From a virus, in IMG/VR virus record IMGVR_UViG_3300025668_000745, positions 1 to 64,000 of that record: a DNA stretch of 64,000 bases; one strand, given 5' to 3'. Position numbers and translations under genes: made by a program. Under the pieces are notes generated by a model. The model was given only the letters and a program-made list of their open reading frames with translations, was not told where the DNA came from and made no database searches. Positions within the stretch are counted from its first letter, which is position 1. Each line of letters opens with the position of its first letter. This document shows positions 47,079 to 56,751 of this stretch, in pieces.

Positions 47079-47463
47079 ACAGCAAAAGATTATGTGTATG
47101 TTTCATGATGGCGCTCGAAGTGAATACGATATAACTGTTGACGGTAGAGTGTGGCCGTGTTGTAAATTTGTAAATGTAATAACAAAGATCGAAGCCGGAT
47201 TGCAAAAAAAAGGTGCTCTTGACGGAGACGACTATTTTTTTAAATTACAAAAAGATGACCCTAATTGGAATAGTTTAGAACATCATTCATTAGACGAAAT
47301 ATTAGATCATGATTATTTTTCTACATATGTAAACAATGAAGGATGGGAAAGTGGAAACACCAGCGTATTGTGTAAAAAACGATGTACGGCAAATATGCAC
47401 CAAGACGGAACTTATACATATGTAGCAGATACAAGTAACAAAATACATAAGAGGATAAAATAA
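47071..47463 (+). CDS. Stand-alone SPASM/twitch-like Fe-S domain (split gene part 2)
   Basis: C...DGRVWPCC...CKKRC matches the C-termini of 44655 and 55525. Has its own GGAGG RBS. Confidence 0.8.
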   Translation: MAKQQKIMCMFHDGARSEYDITVDGRVWPCCKFVNVITKIEAGLQKKGALDGDDYFFKLQKDDPNWNSLEHHSLDEILDHDYFSTYVNNEGWESGNTSVLCKKRCTANMHQDGTYTYVADTSNKIHKRIK

Positions 47464-47464
47464 A

Positions 47465-48214
47465 ATGATATATGTAGGCGGGGACAGTTATACATACGGA
47501 ATTGAATTAAATAATCCTCTGAAAGGTCGATATTCTTTTTTGATGCAACAAAAATTAAAAATGTCTGTAGTAAATGATTCTTGGGGCGGAGCAAGTAATG
47601 ACAGGATAGCCAGAAAATTTTTAGAGTTTATGAGCGGTCATAAAGTAAAACCTGACTTGGTGTTTATTATGTGGGCTCCTATTACAAGATCAGAGCAGTA
47701 TGCTCCTGAGGAGGATATGTGGGAGGAAAGAGACGGATTTAGACAAGTAAGATCGCCTGATATTTTTTTACCTGCCAAAGGTAAGCCGACAAAAAAACAA
47801 CTACACTGGCGCCGATCTCTTAGTCAGTTAAGTGCTACGCAAAAATGGTGGCTTAATATATTTGACCAAAAAGGAGCAATTGATAGTTATATTAGAAATA
47901 TAATGATAGTTCAAACTGTTTGTCGTGCAGGAAATATACCGTTTATTATGACTAATTGTAATTCTTCAATGACACTCAAACAACTTGATGATTTTGTAAG
48001 TCGTAATAGAAAAGTAGAAAACTACACACAACAACGAGTAAATCTCATTGATAGTAGTAACTGGTTATTTGATAAAACATGGTCTTTTGCTGAATGGGCA
48101 AAAGATAACGAATATCCAATAGGTCCACAACATCATCCGTTAGAGGAAGCACATATAAACTTTGCTAATATATTAACAGACAAAGTTAAGGAGAGATTAA
48201 ATGCCTCCGATTAA
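47465..48214 (+). CDS. SGNH hydrolase-like protein
   Basis: GGDSYTYG, GGASNDRI and QHHPLEEAH. Close paralogue of 45734. Confidence 0.75.
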   Translation: MIYVGGDSYTYGIELNNPLKGRYSFLMQQKLKMSVVNDSWGGASNDRIARKFLEFMSGHKVKPDLVFIMWAPITRSEQYAPEEDMWEERDGFRQVRSPDIFLPAKGKPTKKQLHWRRSLSQLSATQKWWLNIFDQKGAIDSYIRNIMIVQTVCRAGNIPFIMTNCNSSMTLKQLDDFVSRNRKVENYTQQRVNLIDSSNWLFDKTWSFAEWAKDNEYPIGPQHHPLEEAHINFANILTDKVKERLNASD

Positions 48215-49415
48215 ATGCTTCTTTGCAAAAAATGCAATTAATTACAAGCCCAATGATAGAATAACTGCGTGTCCCAGAGGTCACGGATCTTTGGCTAAAA
48301 TTAGTGACTCGGTAAAACCAAGTGATTTTTTAAATAACGAAGGATTTAGAAATCTTAGGAAAACTTTACAAGATGGTGAATGGGATACATCGCATTGTGA
48401 TACTTGTATGGAAAGAGAACAACGAAATATCACAAGTATGCGTCAAAACATTAACTCTGAATTTAATCCTAACACTAAAATTAATGCAAACGGCAAAGTG
48501 CGTTATAGAGAATTAAAATTTATAGAGCTTAGATTCAGTAATACTTGTAACTTATGCTGTTTGCATTGTGGCCCCGATTACAGCAGTCAATGGGCATCAC
48601 TTATAAAAAATAATCCCTTACAAAAAGATGACGTTGCTCATAATATTAGAGGATGGGTTAATCCGAGTAAAAATACAAATTGGACAAGTAAGCAAGTAAG
48701 AGACTTTGTAGAAGACTTAAATAGAAACTTTCCAAATGTTGAAAGATTTGATATTGCCGGCGGCGAGCCATTGTATCAAAAACAATTTTGGCTATTTTTA
48801 GATTTAATAAAAGACCATCCTAACATAAAACGTATGACTATTAGTATTACTTCTAACTTTAATGTTGACATTAATTATAAAGATTTTGCTAAAAAACTTA
48901 ATAAATTTAAATGTGCAAATGTGCGAATAAGTTTAGATGCTGGAAAAAACTTGTACGATTATTTTAGAGGCGGCAGCTGGGAAAAAGTAGAAGACAATAT
49001 AAAACAGTTTAACAAAACCAGAAGGAATACACAATTAGAGGTTACAAATACAATCGGAGTTCATCAAATTTTAGATCTTGAGGATGTAATTGTAAGTATG
49101 TTAGAACTTCCGGTTGACAAGTTACATCATAGTATTATACAATATCCTGACTATTTAAGTCCGCACGTATTTGAATCTAATAATCAAAGAGTCATTGATG
49201 AAATTGATAGGGCTAAAGCAGCAATTAATTGTTATAAAAGTGATATAAAATACGTTAGCGCTCATAGAATGATTAAATCACTTGAAAAGGAGTATAGTAA
49301 CTCAAAGTATAAATCTACTTTACTAAAAAGTTTTCAATACTATACTAATAAAATGGATAAAATTAAAAATACAAATTTTGAATCAGTGTTTGGATATAAA
49401 ATAGATGAACTCTAA
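48201..49415 (+). CDS. Radical SAM protein with N-terminal twitch-like domain (type A)
   Basis: N-terminal C...C...CDTC, then LRFSNTCNLCCLHC, AGGEP and SLDA. Confidence 0.9.
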   Translation: MPPIKCFFAKNAINYKPNDRITACPRGHGSLAKISDSVKPSDFLNNEGFRNLRKTLQDGEWDTSHCDTCMEREQRNITSMRQNINSEFNPNTKINANGKVRYRELKFIELRFSNTCNLCCLHCGPDYSSQWASLIKNNPLQKDDVAHNIRGWVNPSKNTNWTSKQVRDFVEDLNRNFPNVERFDIAGGEPLYQKQFWLFLDLIKDHPNIKRMTISITSNFNVDINYKDFAKKLNKFKCANVRISLDAGKNLYDYFRGGSWEKVEDNIKQFNKTRRNTQLEVTNTIGVHQILDLEDVIVSMLELPVDKLHHSIIQYPDYLSPHVFESNNQRVIDEIDRAKAAINCYKSDIKYVSAHRMIKSLEKEYSNSKYKSTLLKSFQYYTNKMDKIKNTNFESVFGYKIDEL

Positions 49416-50499
49416 CTATTGTGTCCTTCCTTTTGTTCATAGTTGTACAAATGTAGGCGGCAGAAATAAACCTTGCTGTAGATTTTCTGACCAAAGTTAT
49501 AACGATCAAGTTAGTCCGTTAGATTATTTCAATGGAGATAAGATAAATTTACTTAGAAATAAAATGCTTAACGGAGAAATAATAAAAGGATGCGACAAGT
49601 GTCACGCAGAAGAGTCGTTAGGTAAACAAAGTTATAGGCAACGGTCAAACAATCAATATAAAGAATATATTGACAAACAACCTACTTTAAAATTTATCGA
49701 AATTGGACTAAGCAATGCCTGTAATTTTGGATGTGTAACTTGTGATGCAGCATATAGCACAACTTGGTGGCAGGATATTGATGATGTAAATGCTATAGGC
49801 GCTAATAAAGCAAAACCTAATCAAAAAGTTGTATACACAGATAGTAAGTTTAATGACTTTTCTAATATAGATAGAATAAAAATATTAGGCGGCGAACCAT
49901 TTATGGAGCCGAGAAACTTAGAGTTTTTAAAAAAATGTAATTTAAAAAATATCGAATTAGAACTTGTTACAAATGGTAGCATTTTGCCAAACAATGAGTG
50001 GCAAGAAATATTGCAACAACTAAAATATGTAAACTTAGATATAAGTTTAGACGGCCATGGTGAAATTGCCGAGTATGTGCGTTATGGAACAAACTGGAAA
50101 AAATTAGAATCTAATATTAATTGGTGGAAACAGTGGTGGAGCAATAATAACAATATCACTATAAAAAGTCATTTTGTAGTTCATGCTCTAAATGCATTTG
50201 ATTTACATAATTATTTAGAATGGCAAAAAAAGTTTAAATGGAAAACTACGTTTGATATACTACAAATGCCAGAATATTTAAATATTAAAATTCTGCCAAC
50301 AGAAATGAAGAAAGAAATTTTAGAAAAGGTAGATATTAAGAATGTTACAAACTATTTAACTAAGCATATGAACATTTTTGACAAGGACCAGTGTAGTCTG
50401 CTAACTAACTATGTTAGTGTTTTAAATAAAAAACGTAATCATGACTTACAACAAATTAACAAACTAATGGATAGACTTAATGAAGCAACCAACAGATAG
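49405..50499 (+). CDS. Radical SAM protein with N-terminal twitch-like domain (type A)
   Basis: CVLPF...PCC...CDKC, CNFGCVTC, LGGEP, TNG and SLDG. Confidence 0.92.
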   Translation: MNSNYCVLPFVHSCTNVGGRNKPCCRFSDQSYNDQVSPLDYFNGDKINLLRNKMLNGEIIKGCDKCHAEESLGKQSYRQRSNNQYKEYIDKQPTLKFIEIGLSNACNFGCVTCDAAYSTTWWQDIDDVNAIGANKAKPNQKVVYTDSKFNDFSNIDRIKILGGEPFMEPRNLEFLKKCNLKNIELELVTNGSILPNNEWQEILQQLKYVNLDISLDGHGEIAEYVRYGTNWKKLESNINWWKQWWSNNNNITIKSHFVVHALNAFDLHNYLEWQKKFKWKTTFDILQMPEYLNIKILPTEMKKEILEKVDIKNVTNYLTKHMNIFDKDQCSLLTNYVSVLNKKRNHDLQQINKLMDRLNEATNR

Positions 50500-51724
50500 T
50501 AAAACTTTTTGTATTTTACCTTGGATACATGTGAATGGTAGTGTCGGCGGAGGTTATCGACCATGCTGTAATAGTGAAAGTTATTTTGATTTTAAAGACG
50601 ACAACAACAGTATCAAACAAGCGTTTGAAAGCAACAGTATGGACGAAATCCGCCAGTTTATGCAGCAGGAAAAAGAACATCCTGCATGTGAAGTTTGCTA
50701 TTCAAGAGAGCGCAATAATGGATTAAGTTTTCGACATACATACACAGTTGATAAGTTTAAAGAATTTGTAGATCCGAATGCAGACGAAAAAATAAAATAT
50801 TTAGACTTACGTTTTGATAACACTTGTAATCTTGCTTGTAGAATGTGTGATCCAAGTAGTAGTAATCAGTTATATAGTAGTATCGAATGGTATAGGCAAG
50901 AGGATAAACCACTACCAGAACACTGGAAAGGGTTTACTAATTATAAACAAAAAGATCAAACACAGATTAGTGCAAATCGTAAAGACTATGTAATAGAATT
51001 ATTACCGGGTATAGAAGTTTTAAAAGTAACTGGCGGCGAACCTTTTATTAGCAAGGATTTTTTAGAAGTATTAGATCATGCAATTGAAAATGATTATGCA
51101 AAAAATATTAGATTGCTAATAACTACAAATGGCACTAAGTTTGTAAAGGCAGTTTTACAACGTCTTAAACATTTTAAGGGCGTTGACATGAATGTAAGTG
51201 TTGACGGAACCAGTCATGTGTATGACTATGTTAGATATCCTTTTACATGGAATAAATGGAATGATAGATTCTTAGAGTTTTTAAATTTTGCTGATGAAAA
51301 CGAAATGTATAAAAACAAATACTTTCGAATTCGAACAAGTACAGTTGTTACAATGTACAATTGGTTGAATTGTCCAGAGCTATATACACATTTGAAATCT
51401 TATACTGAACAATTTCCGTGGTTAATTAATAAAAATTATATACCACGTATAGATTTTAATTTAAATCTGCGCCCAAAAGATAGTGAAATGTCGGCCAAGT
51501 GGTTACCTAATAACATTTTAGATAAGGGTTTAGAGTTATGGCAGCACACTGATTGTAGACAATATAAAGAATTTGAAAAGTATGTAGTTAATGCAAAAAA
51601 ACTAAGTTCAGACGATAAAAATCTTTATCGAGAAAAAATTAAATACACTACTACGACATTAGACAAACAGCGGAAACAAACTTTTGCTGTATTAGATAGC
51701 GAGATTGTTAAATGGCTAAAATAG
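50480..51724 (+). CDS. Radical SAM protein with N-terminal twitch-like domain (type A)
   Basis: CILPW...PCC...CEVC, CNLACRMC, TGGEP and SVDG. Confidence 0.92.
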   Translation: MKQPTDSKTFCILPWIHVNGSVGGGYRPCCNSESYFDFKDDNNSIKQAFESNSMDEIRQFMQQEKEHPACEVCYSRERNNGLSFRHTYTVDKFKEFVDPNADEKIKYLDLRFDNTCNLACRMCDPSSSNQLYSSIEWYRQEDKPLPEHWKGFTNYKQKDQTQISANRKDYVIELLPGIEVLKVTGGEPFISKDFLEVLDHAIENDYAKNIRLLITTNGTKFVKAVLQRLKHFKGVDMNVSVDGTSHVYDYVRYPFTWNKWNDRFLEFLNFADENEMYKNKYFRIRTSTVVTMYNWLNCPELYTHLKSYTEQFPWLINKNYIPRIDFNLNLRPKDSEMSAKWLPNNILDKGLELWQHTDCRQYKEFEKYVVNAKKLSSDDKNLYREKIKYTTTTLDKQRKQTFAVLDSEIVKWLK

Positions 51725-53115
51725 ATAAAAAAGAAGCAGAGCGTTTAGAAAGTTTAGTACCAAATAAAAAGTTTTGTCCTGCTCCCTTTATGCATACATA
51801 TATAAATTCAAATAATAGAGGATATAAACTTTGCTGTATGAGTCATATTGTTGGTCGTTGGGATACTGAACAAAGTCTTAAAGAACAACACGAAGAATTT
51901 TGGACTGGTGAAACTATGCAAAGTATTCGCCAAGATTTTCTTGATGGCAAAATGCCAGAATCGTGTGAGTGGTGGTGCGGTCGTTGGGAAAAAGAAGGTA
52001 TATATCATAAGAGTGATAGATTAGATTTTATAAAACGCTACGAATTAGAATTAAAAGCAGGATTTACAGAAATAAATTGGGACATAACTCATGGTACTCT
52101 TGAATTCCAGAAGCCAGTTGATATTGATTTACGACCAAGTAAAATGTGTAATTTAAAATGTCGTAGCTGTAATAGTCTTTGGTCCGATAAGATTGAACAA
52201 GAAGTACTTGCTAATCCAGAAATACAAGGATGGAGCCATTGGGACATGGTAACACAAAGCCCTAATGCTATGCGTAAAGCAAAACAGATTGATTACTCAG
52301 ATCCTAAGTTTGATGTTGTTAGTAATTTAGACTTTTCAAATGTATTTCGTTTAAAAATGAGCGGAGGGGAAACGTTAGTTGATCCAAGAGTTTATAATAT
52401 TATGAAAAAACTTGTTGATAGTGGCGAAGCAAAGAATGTACGTCTTCATCAAATTACAAACTGTACCAGCCTTCCAAGCAGAATATACGATTTACTGGCA
52501 CAGTTCAAAGAAGTTAGTTTCAATATTAGTGTAGATGGCGTAAAAGAAACAGATGAATTTTTACGTGACGGGACCAGATGGGATCGAAAACAAAAAGTAT
52601 TTGATAAAATCTTTACATTACCTAATTTAAAATGGGCTGGCATAATGCATGTCTTCCAACCTGTTAGCGCATTTCAAGTAAAGCGTAATGTAGAATGGTT
52701 TTTAGAAGGATACAGAAAATATACAAAACAACATAACGGTGTTACTTTTAATCCTATTGTTGATCCTTGGTATCTAAGTGTAAGTTGGTTAGATGAAGAT
52801 CATAAAGAGTACATAAGACAGCAAGTAAAAGAATGTATAACAGAATTTAATATGTGTAAACAAGAACAACAATGGTTTGATCTGTTACATAGTGAATTAG
52901 ATAAGACACAAACTGACGAGCGTCGAAAAAGATATGCAAATGATTATGTGCGAGCAGAGTTAGCATTGGATAAAATAAGAAATACAAGTTCTCTTACTAT
53001 AGAGCCTATGCTACAAAGATATTTTGATAGATACGATCCAAACAATGTTACACACGGTGACAAAACAGGAAGACCAGGAGCCCACTTTGATGGAAAACCA
53101 AAACCAACAGTCTAA
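51712..53115 (+). CDS. Radical SAM protein with N-terminal twitch-like domain (type A)
   Basis: CPAPF...LCC...CEWWC, CNLKCRSC, SGGE and SVDG. Confidence 0.92.
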   Translation: MAKIDKKEAERLESLVPNKKFCPAPFMHTYINSNNRGYKLCCMSHIVGRWDTEQSLKEQHEEFWTGETMQSIRQDFLDGKMPESCEWWCGRWEKEGIYHKSDRLDFIKRYELELKAGFTEINWDITHGTLEFQKPVDIDLRPSKMCNLKCRSCNSLWSDKIEQEVLANPEIQGWSHWDMVTQSPNAMRKAKQIDYSDPKFDVVSNLDFSNVFRLKMSGGETLVDPRVYNIMKKLVDSGEAKNVRLHQITNCTSLPSRIYDLLAQFKEVSFNISVDGVKETDEFLRDGTRWDRKQKVFDKIFTLPNLKWAGIMHVFQPVSAFQVKRNVEWFLEGYRKYTKQHNGVTFNPIVDPWYLSVSWLDEDHKEYIRQQVKECITEFNMCKQEQQWFDLLHSELDKTQTDERRKRYANDYVRAELALDKIRNTSSLTIEPMLQRYFDRYDPNNVTHGDKTGRPGAHFDGKPKPTV

Positions 53116-54349
53116 AAAGGTATTTTGTACAGCACCTTTTTTTAATTTATATTATAAGGGTAATAAGGATTATAATAAAATAATGCCTTGTTGTGAAGGT
53201 CGTTTGGGATCTTTAGGTAACTTTAGTCATTATGAAGAATATAGTAAAAGTAAATGGTTACGAAATATAAGAAAGAAAATGCTTAACAACGAACCTGCAG
53301 AAATATGTACTCGATGCGTATCTGTTGAAGAAGCTGGCGGGTTCAATGCAAGAGAACATTATAGAAATTTACTTGAAAAAATAGAATTTAGGACAAAGGA
53401 AAAAGTAGAGTTTAATTTTAAAAACGGGAACCAACACGGCCATCCGATGGCATTAGATTACAGAGGTAGTAATCTTTGTAATTTAAAATGCAGAATGTGT
53501 CATCAAGGAAGTAGTTCGGAAATTGCTAAAGAAATTAATAAAAATCAAGATCTGTATCGTCCAATGGGATACGGTAACGGAGTAAGTCATTTATATATTA
53601 ATAACAAACTGCCTAACGAGTTTATAGACGAGCTTAAATTAGACAACGTGTATAGATTTAAAATCTTAGGCGGCGAACCGTTAATGCAAGAAGATGTGTA
53701 CATAGGATTAGAAAAAATGGCACAGTTGCCACACAGGAAGGAAGTTGATATAAGTTTTACAACTAATGCAACTAACTTTCCAAAAAGATTCTATGACTTA
53801 ATTGGAAAATTTAGACGTATATTGATGCGAGTAAGTCTTGACGGTGTTGATGATGTATTTGAATATTGTAGATCAAACGGCAACTGGGACAAAATTATGA
53901 AAAATATAACTTCGTTGTCTGAGCGGGGGTATACACAAAATGAATTAGCTCTCGGTTTTAGTTTTGTTATACAATTTTATAATGTTTTTAGGATTTATGA
54001 TATAATGGAATGGTGTGCTAAATGGGAAGATGAACATCCTATAGAAACTTCGATATGGTCAATGCATACATTTTTTAGTCCAATTGAACAAAATCATTTA
54101 TCAACAGCAATGTGTACTACAGAAGATAGAGAATTTCTTAGACAAGAGCTTGACAGATTCCTTAAAGATTATGGACGTAGGTCCTGGTTTGATCGTGTAG
54201 AAAACATTATATTCAATTTTGATGAAAATAGAAATTTTGATAAAGAAAAAGCCAAAGAAACACTAATTGTATACAGTAAAAATTTAGATAAAATTAGAAA
54301 AACCAATTTACCAGATTTACATGAAAGATATAGCAAATATTATGAATGA
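53090..54349 (+). CDS. Radical SAM protein with N-terminal twitch-like domain (type A)
   Basis: CTAPF...PCC...CTRC, CNLKCRMC, LGGEP and SLDG. Likely ATG at 53090 behind AGGAG (ORF track gives 53024). Confidence 0.92.
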   Translation: MENQNQQSKKVFCTAPFFNLYYKGNKDYNKIMPCCEGRLGSLGNFSHYEEYSKSKWLRNIRKKMLNNEPAEICTRCVSVEEAGGFNAREHYRNLLEKIEFRTKEKVEFNFKNGNQHGHPMALDYRGSNLCNLKCRMCHQGSSSEIAKEINKNQDLYRPMGYGNGVSHLYINNKLPNEFIDELKLDNVYRFKILGGEPLMQEDVYIGLEKMAQLPHRKEVDISFTTNATNFPKRFYDLIGKFRRILMRVSLDGVDDVFEYCRSNGNWDKIMKNITSLSERGYTQNELALGFSFVIQFYNVFRIYDIMEWCAKWEDEHPIETSIWSMHTFFSPIEQNHLSTAMCTTEDREFLRQELDRFLKDYGRRSWFDRVENIIFNFDENRNFDKEKAKETLIVYSKNLDKIRKTNLPDLHERYSKYYE

Positions 54350-55532
54350 AACATACAATAGTATTAACCCCAGTAAAACAAATGAATTTATCATAACATG
54401 GGACACTGGCAAACGATGTAATTTTGACTGCGGCTATTGCGGCGATGACAGACATGACTTAGTGAGCAAGTTTCCAGACTTCGACGAGCTTGTTAAAGGT
54501 GTTGACTTTATTAAGAAATATTTAACAGTAATGATGCCGCATAGGAATAATCAAGTTGCTACACTTAGTTTAACAGGCGGAGAACCTACAGTTAATCCTA
54601 ATTTTTTACGATTAGCAACATATCTAAACGATCAATTTAAAGACTTTGAATACGAAGTTAAAACTATCTTAACTACAAACGGCAGTTTCCCTCAAAAAAA
54701 TATTCAACATTTGGTAGATAATTTTAGAGGAATCACTCTTAGTTATCATTGTGATAGTAAAGAAAAACTTAAAGAAAAAGTAAGAGAAAATATCCTTATT
54801 TTACATAAGAGTATGAAAAGTTTTAAAGTAAATCTTATGATGCATCCGTATGATAATTATTGGCAAGAATGTTTAGATTTAATCGATGTAATGGACGAGC
54901 ATAAAGTTAAGTATGTTCCAAGAGTAATTAATGGTTTAAAATATAGTCCAGAGCAAAGTGAATTTCTTACAAATTATTGGCAAAGGAAAAATAAAACTAA
55001 AACTGAAATAAAAGTAGAAAAAGTTGAATCAAAGCCACAAGAAGTTAAAAAAGAAAATGTCATACATCGAAAAATGAAAAAAGATGTTGAAAAAACATTT
55101 AACGAATTACGAAAAGATGAAACTAAAACTAATGTTATTCACGGCAGGCATTGTTGTAGTAAACACGAATTATCCTGCGGGTCAATGTGTGGATCTACGC
55201 AAAATCTTACATATGTTACCGATACAAGATTTCCAGAATGGTACTGCGGTGTAAATTGGTTCTTTTTACATCTCGAAAGTCAAACAGATCAAATATTTCA
55301 TCATCAAACCTGTCAAGCACAATACGGCAAAGGTAGGGGAGCAGTTGGTAAAATAAGTGAGTGGACAACTTTTACTGACAAAGTTGAAACTATGATAAAC
55401 ACAGGTAAAATGGAAACTATTCAATGTCCAAATAAAAAGTGTGGTTGCGGATTGTGTGCTACAAAGAGTATAGATAAAAATATGTTTAACAACTTAATGT
55501 CTAATCATATTAAGGGCGTAACATATGTCTGA
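54321..55532 (+). CDS. Radical SAM protein with C-terminal Cys cluster (type C)
   Basis: WDTGKRCNFDCGYC, TGGEPT, TNG; C-terminal CPNKKCGCGLC. The true start may be 54342. Confidence 0.9.
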   Translation: MKDIANIMNETYNSINPSKTNEFIITWDTGKRCNFDCGYCGDDRHDLVSKFPDFDELVKGVDFIKKYLTVMMPHRNNQVATLSLTGGEPTVNPNFLRLATYLNDQFKDFEYEVKTILTTNGSFPQKNIQHLVDNFRGITLSYHCDSKEKLKEKVRENILILHKSMKSFKVNLMMHPYDNYWQECLDLIDVMDEHKVKYVPRVINGLKYSPEQSEFLTNYWQRKNKTKTEIKVEKVESKPQEVKKENVIHRKMKKDVEKTFNELRKDETKTNVIHGRHCCSKHELSCGSMCGSTQNLTYVTDTRFPEWYCGVNWFFLHLESQTDQIFHHQTCQAQYGKGRGAVGKISEWTTFTDKVETMINTGKMETIQCPNKKCGCGLCATKSIDKNMFNNLMSNHIKGVTYV

Positions 55533-56751
55533 TAACAGTCTTGGTATTCATATCGAAATATCTTCTAACTGTAACAGCAGATGTTTAGACTGTGGACGAT
55601 TTGTCAAAGGTACAGACACTATTAATCCGTATGTTGATATTGGAAGTAAAGGCAATATCAGTATTTCGGCTATAGAAAATATTTTTGATAAATCTATATC
55701 AGAAACTGCACGATACGTAAATTTTACTGGAACTTATGGTGACTTTACCTTACATCCCAATGCATTAGATATAATGAAATGTATTTCTAATAAAATACAC
55801 CCGCACATAAAAAATAGAAATAAAAATGAGTTAACAGATAAAATAAGATTACTTGCTGAAACAAATGGCGGAGCAAGAGACGACGAATGGTGGCACAAGT
55901 TTGGTGACTACATCTTAAAATATTTTGATAAAGGTAGTTTAGTTATATTTGCATTAGACGGCACCGACAACGACACGCACCAAATGTACCGTCGAGGTGT
56001 TGACTTTGATACAGTGTTACGACATGCAAAAATTTTAATTGATAAAGGTATACGAACACGTTGGAGCTTTATAAGTTTTGCGCACAATGAACATCAACTC
56101 GACGAAGCAAAGCAAATGGCTAACGAAATAGGATTTACACAATTTCGAATTAGAAGATCAAGGCTACGCCATAATCCAAAAACAATTACAAATGTAAAAC
56201 AAAAAAAGAAAAACATAAGTGATAAACAAATATCAAAGTCTCAGATGTATACAGACTTAGTAAAAGAAAAAGAACATAGTGTTGTAAATGATGTTCCTAA
56301 GCCGTGGTATAAAAAGAAGATTGACGATTATGTAAATGAAACTTCTATTGAGTGCGAATGGAAAAAGAAACAACAAATTAGTATAGACTATACAGGAAGA
56401 GTTTGGCAATGTTGTTACTTTAGTAATTTTTATCATTATAACTTAAATCTGCCAGACTACGAACATGTGTCAAATAATGCATATGATTACAATTATAATA
56501 ACCAAAACTACGAACGGTTAAGTGTCTACGAGGATAGATACAATGACAAATGGAATAATATAAATCATAGAACACTTAGTAATATTTTAGGACACGATTT
56601 CTTCACAACAGATTTGCCTGATAGTTTTAATAACACTACAGAGCATAAACATAATCCAAGAATTGTACGATGTAGCAAATTTTGTGGAGAAAAGTCAAGA
56701 ACTTTAGATAAGAAGCTAACATCTATTAATAAAGAAAAAGAGGAACAATAA
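55525..56751 (+). CDS. Radical SAM protein with C-terminal SPASM/twitch-like domain (type B)
   Basis: CNSRCLDC, GTYGD, TNGG, FALDG; C-terminal GRVWQCC...CSKFC. Confidence 0.9.
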   Translation: MSDNSLGIHIEISSNCNSRCLDCGRFVKGTDTINPYVDIGSKGNISISAIENIFDKSISETARYVNFTGTYGDFTLHPNALDIMKCISNKIHPHIKNRNKNELTDKIRLLAETNGGARDDEWWHKFGDYILKYFDKGSLVIFALDGTDNDTHQMYRRGVDFDTVLRHAKILIDKGIRTRWSFISFAHNEHQLDEAKQMANEIGFTQFRIRRSRLRHNPKTITNVKQKKKNISDKQISKSQMYTDLVKEKEHSVVNDVPKPWYKKKIDDYVNETSIECEWKKKQQISIDYTGRVWQCCYFSNFYHYNLNLPDYEHVSNNAYDYNYNNQNYERLSVYEDRYNDKWNNINHRTLSNILGHDFFTTDLPDSFNNTTEHKHNPRIVRCSKFCGEKSRTLDKKLTSINKEKEEQ

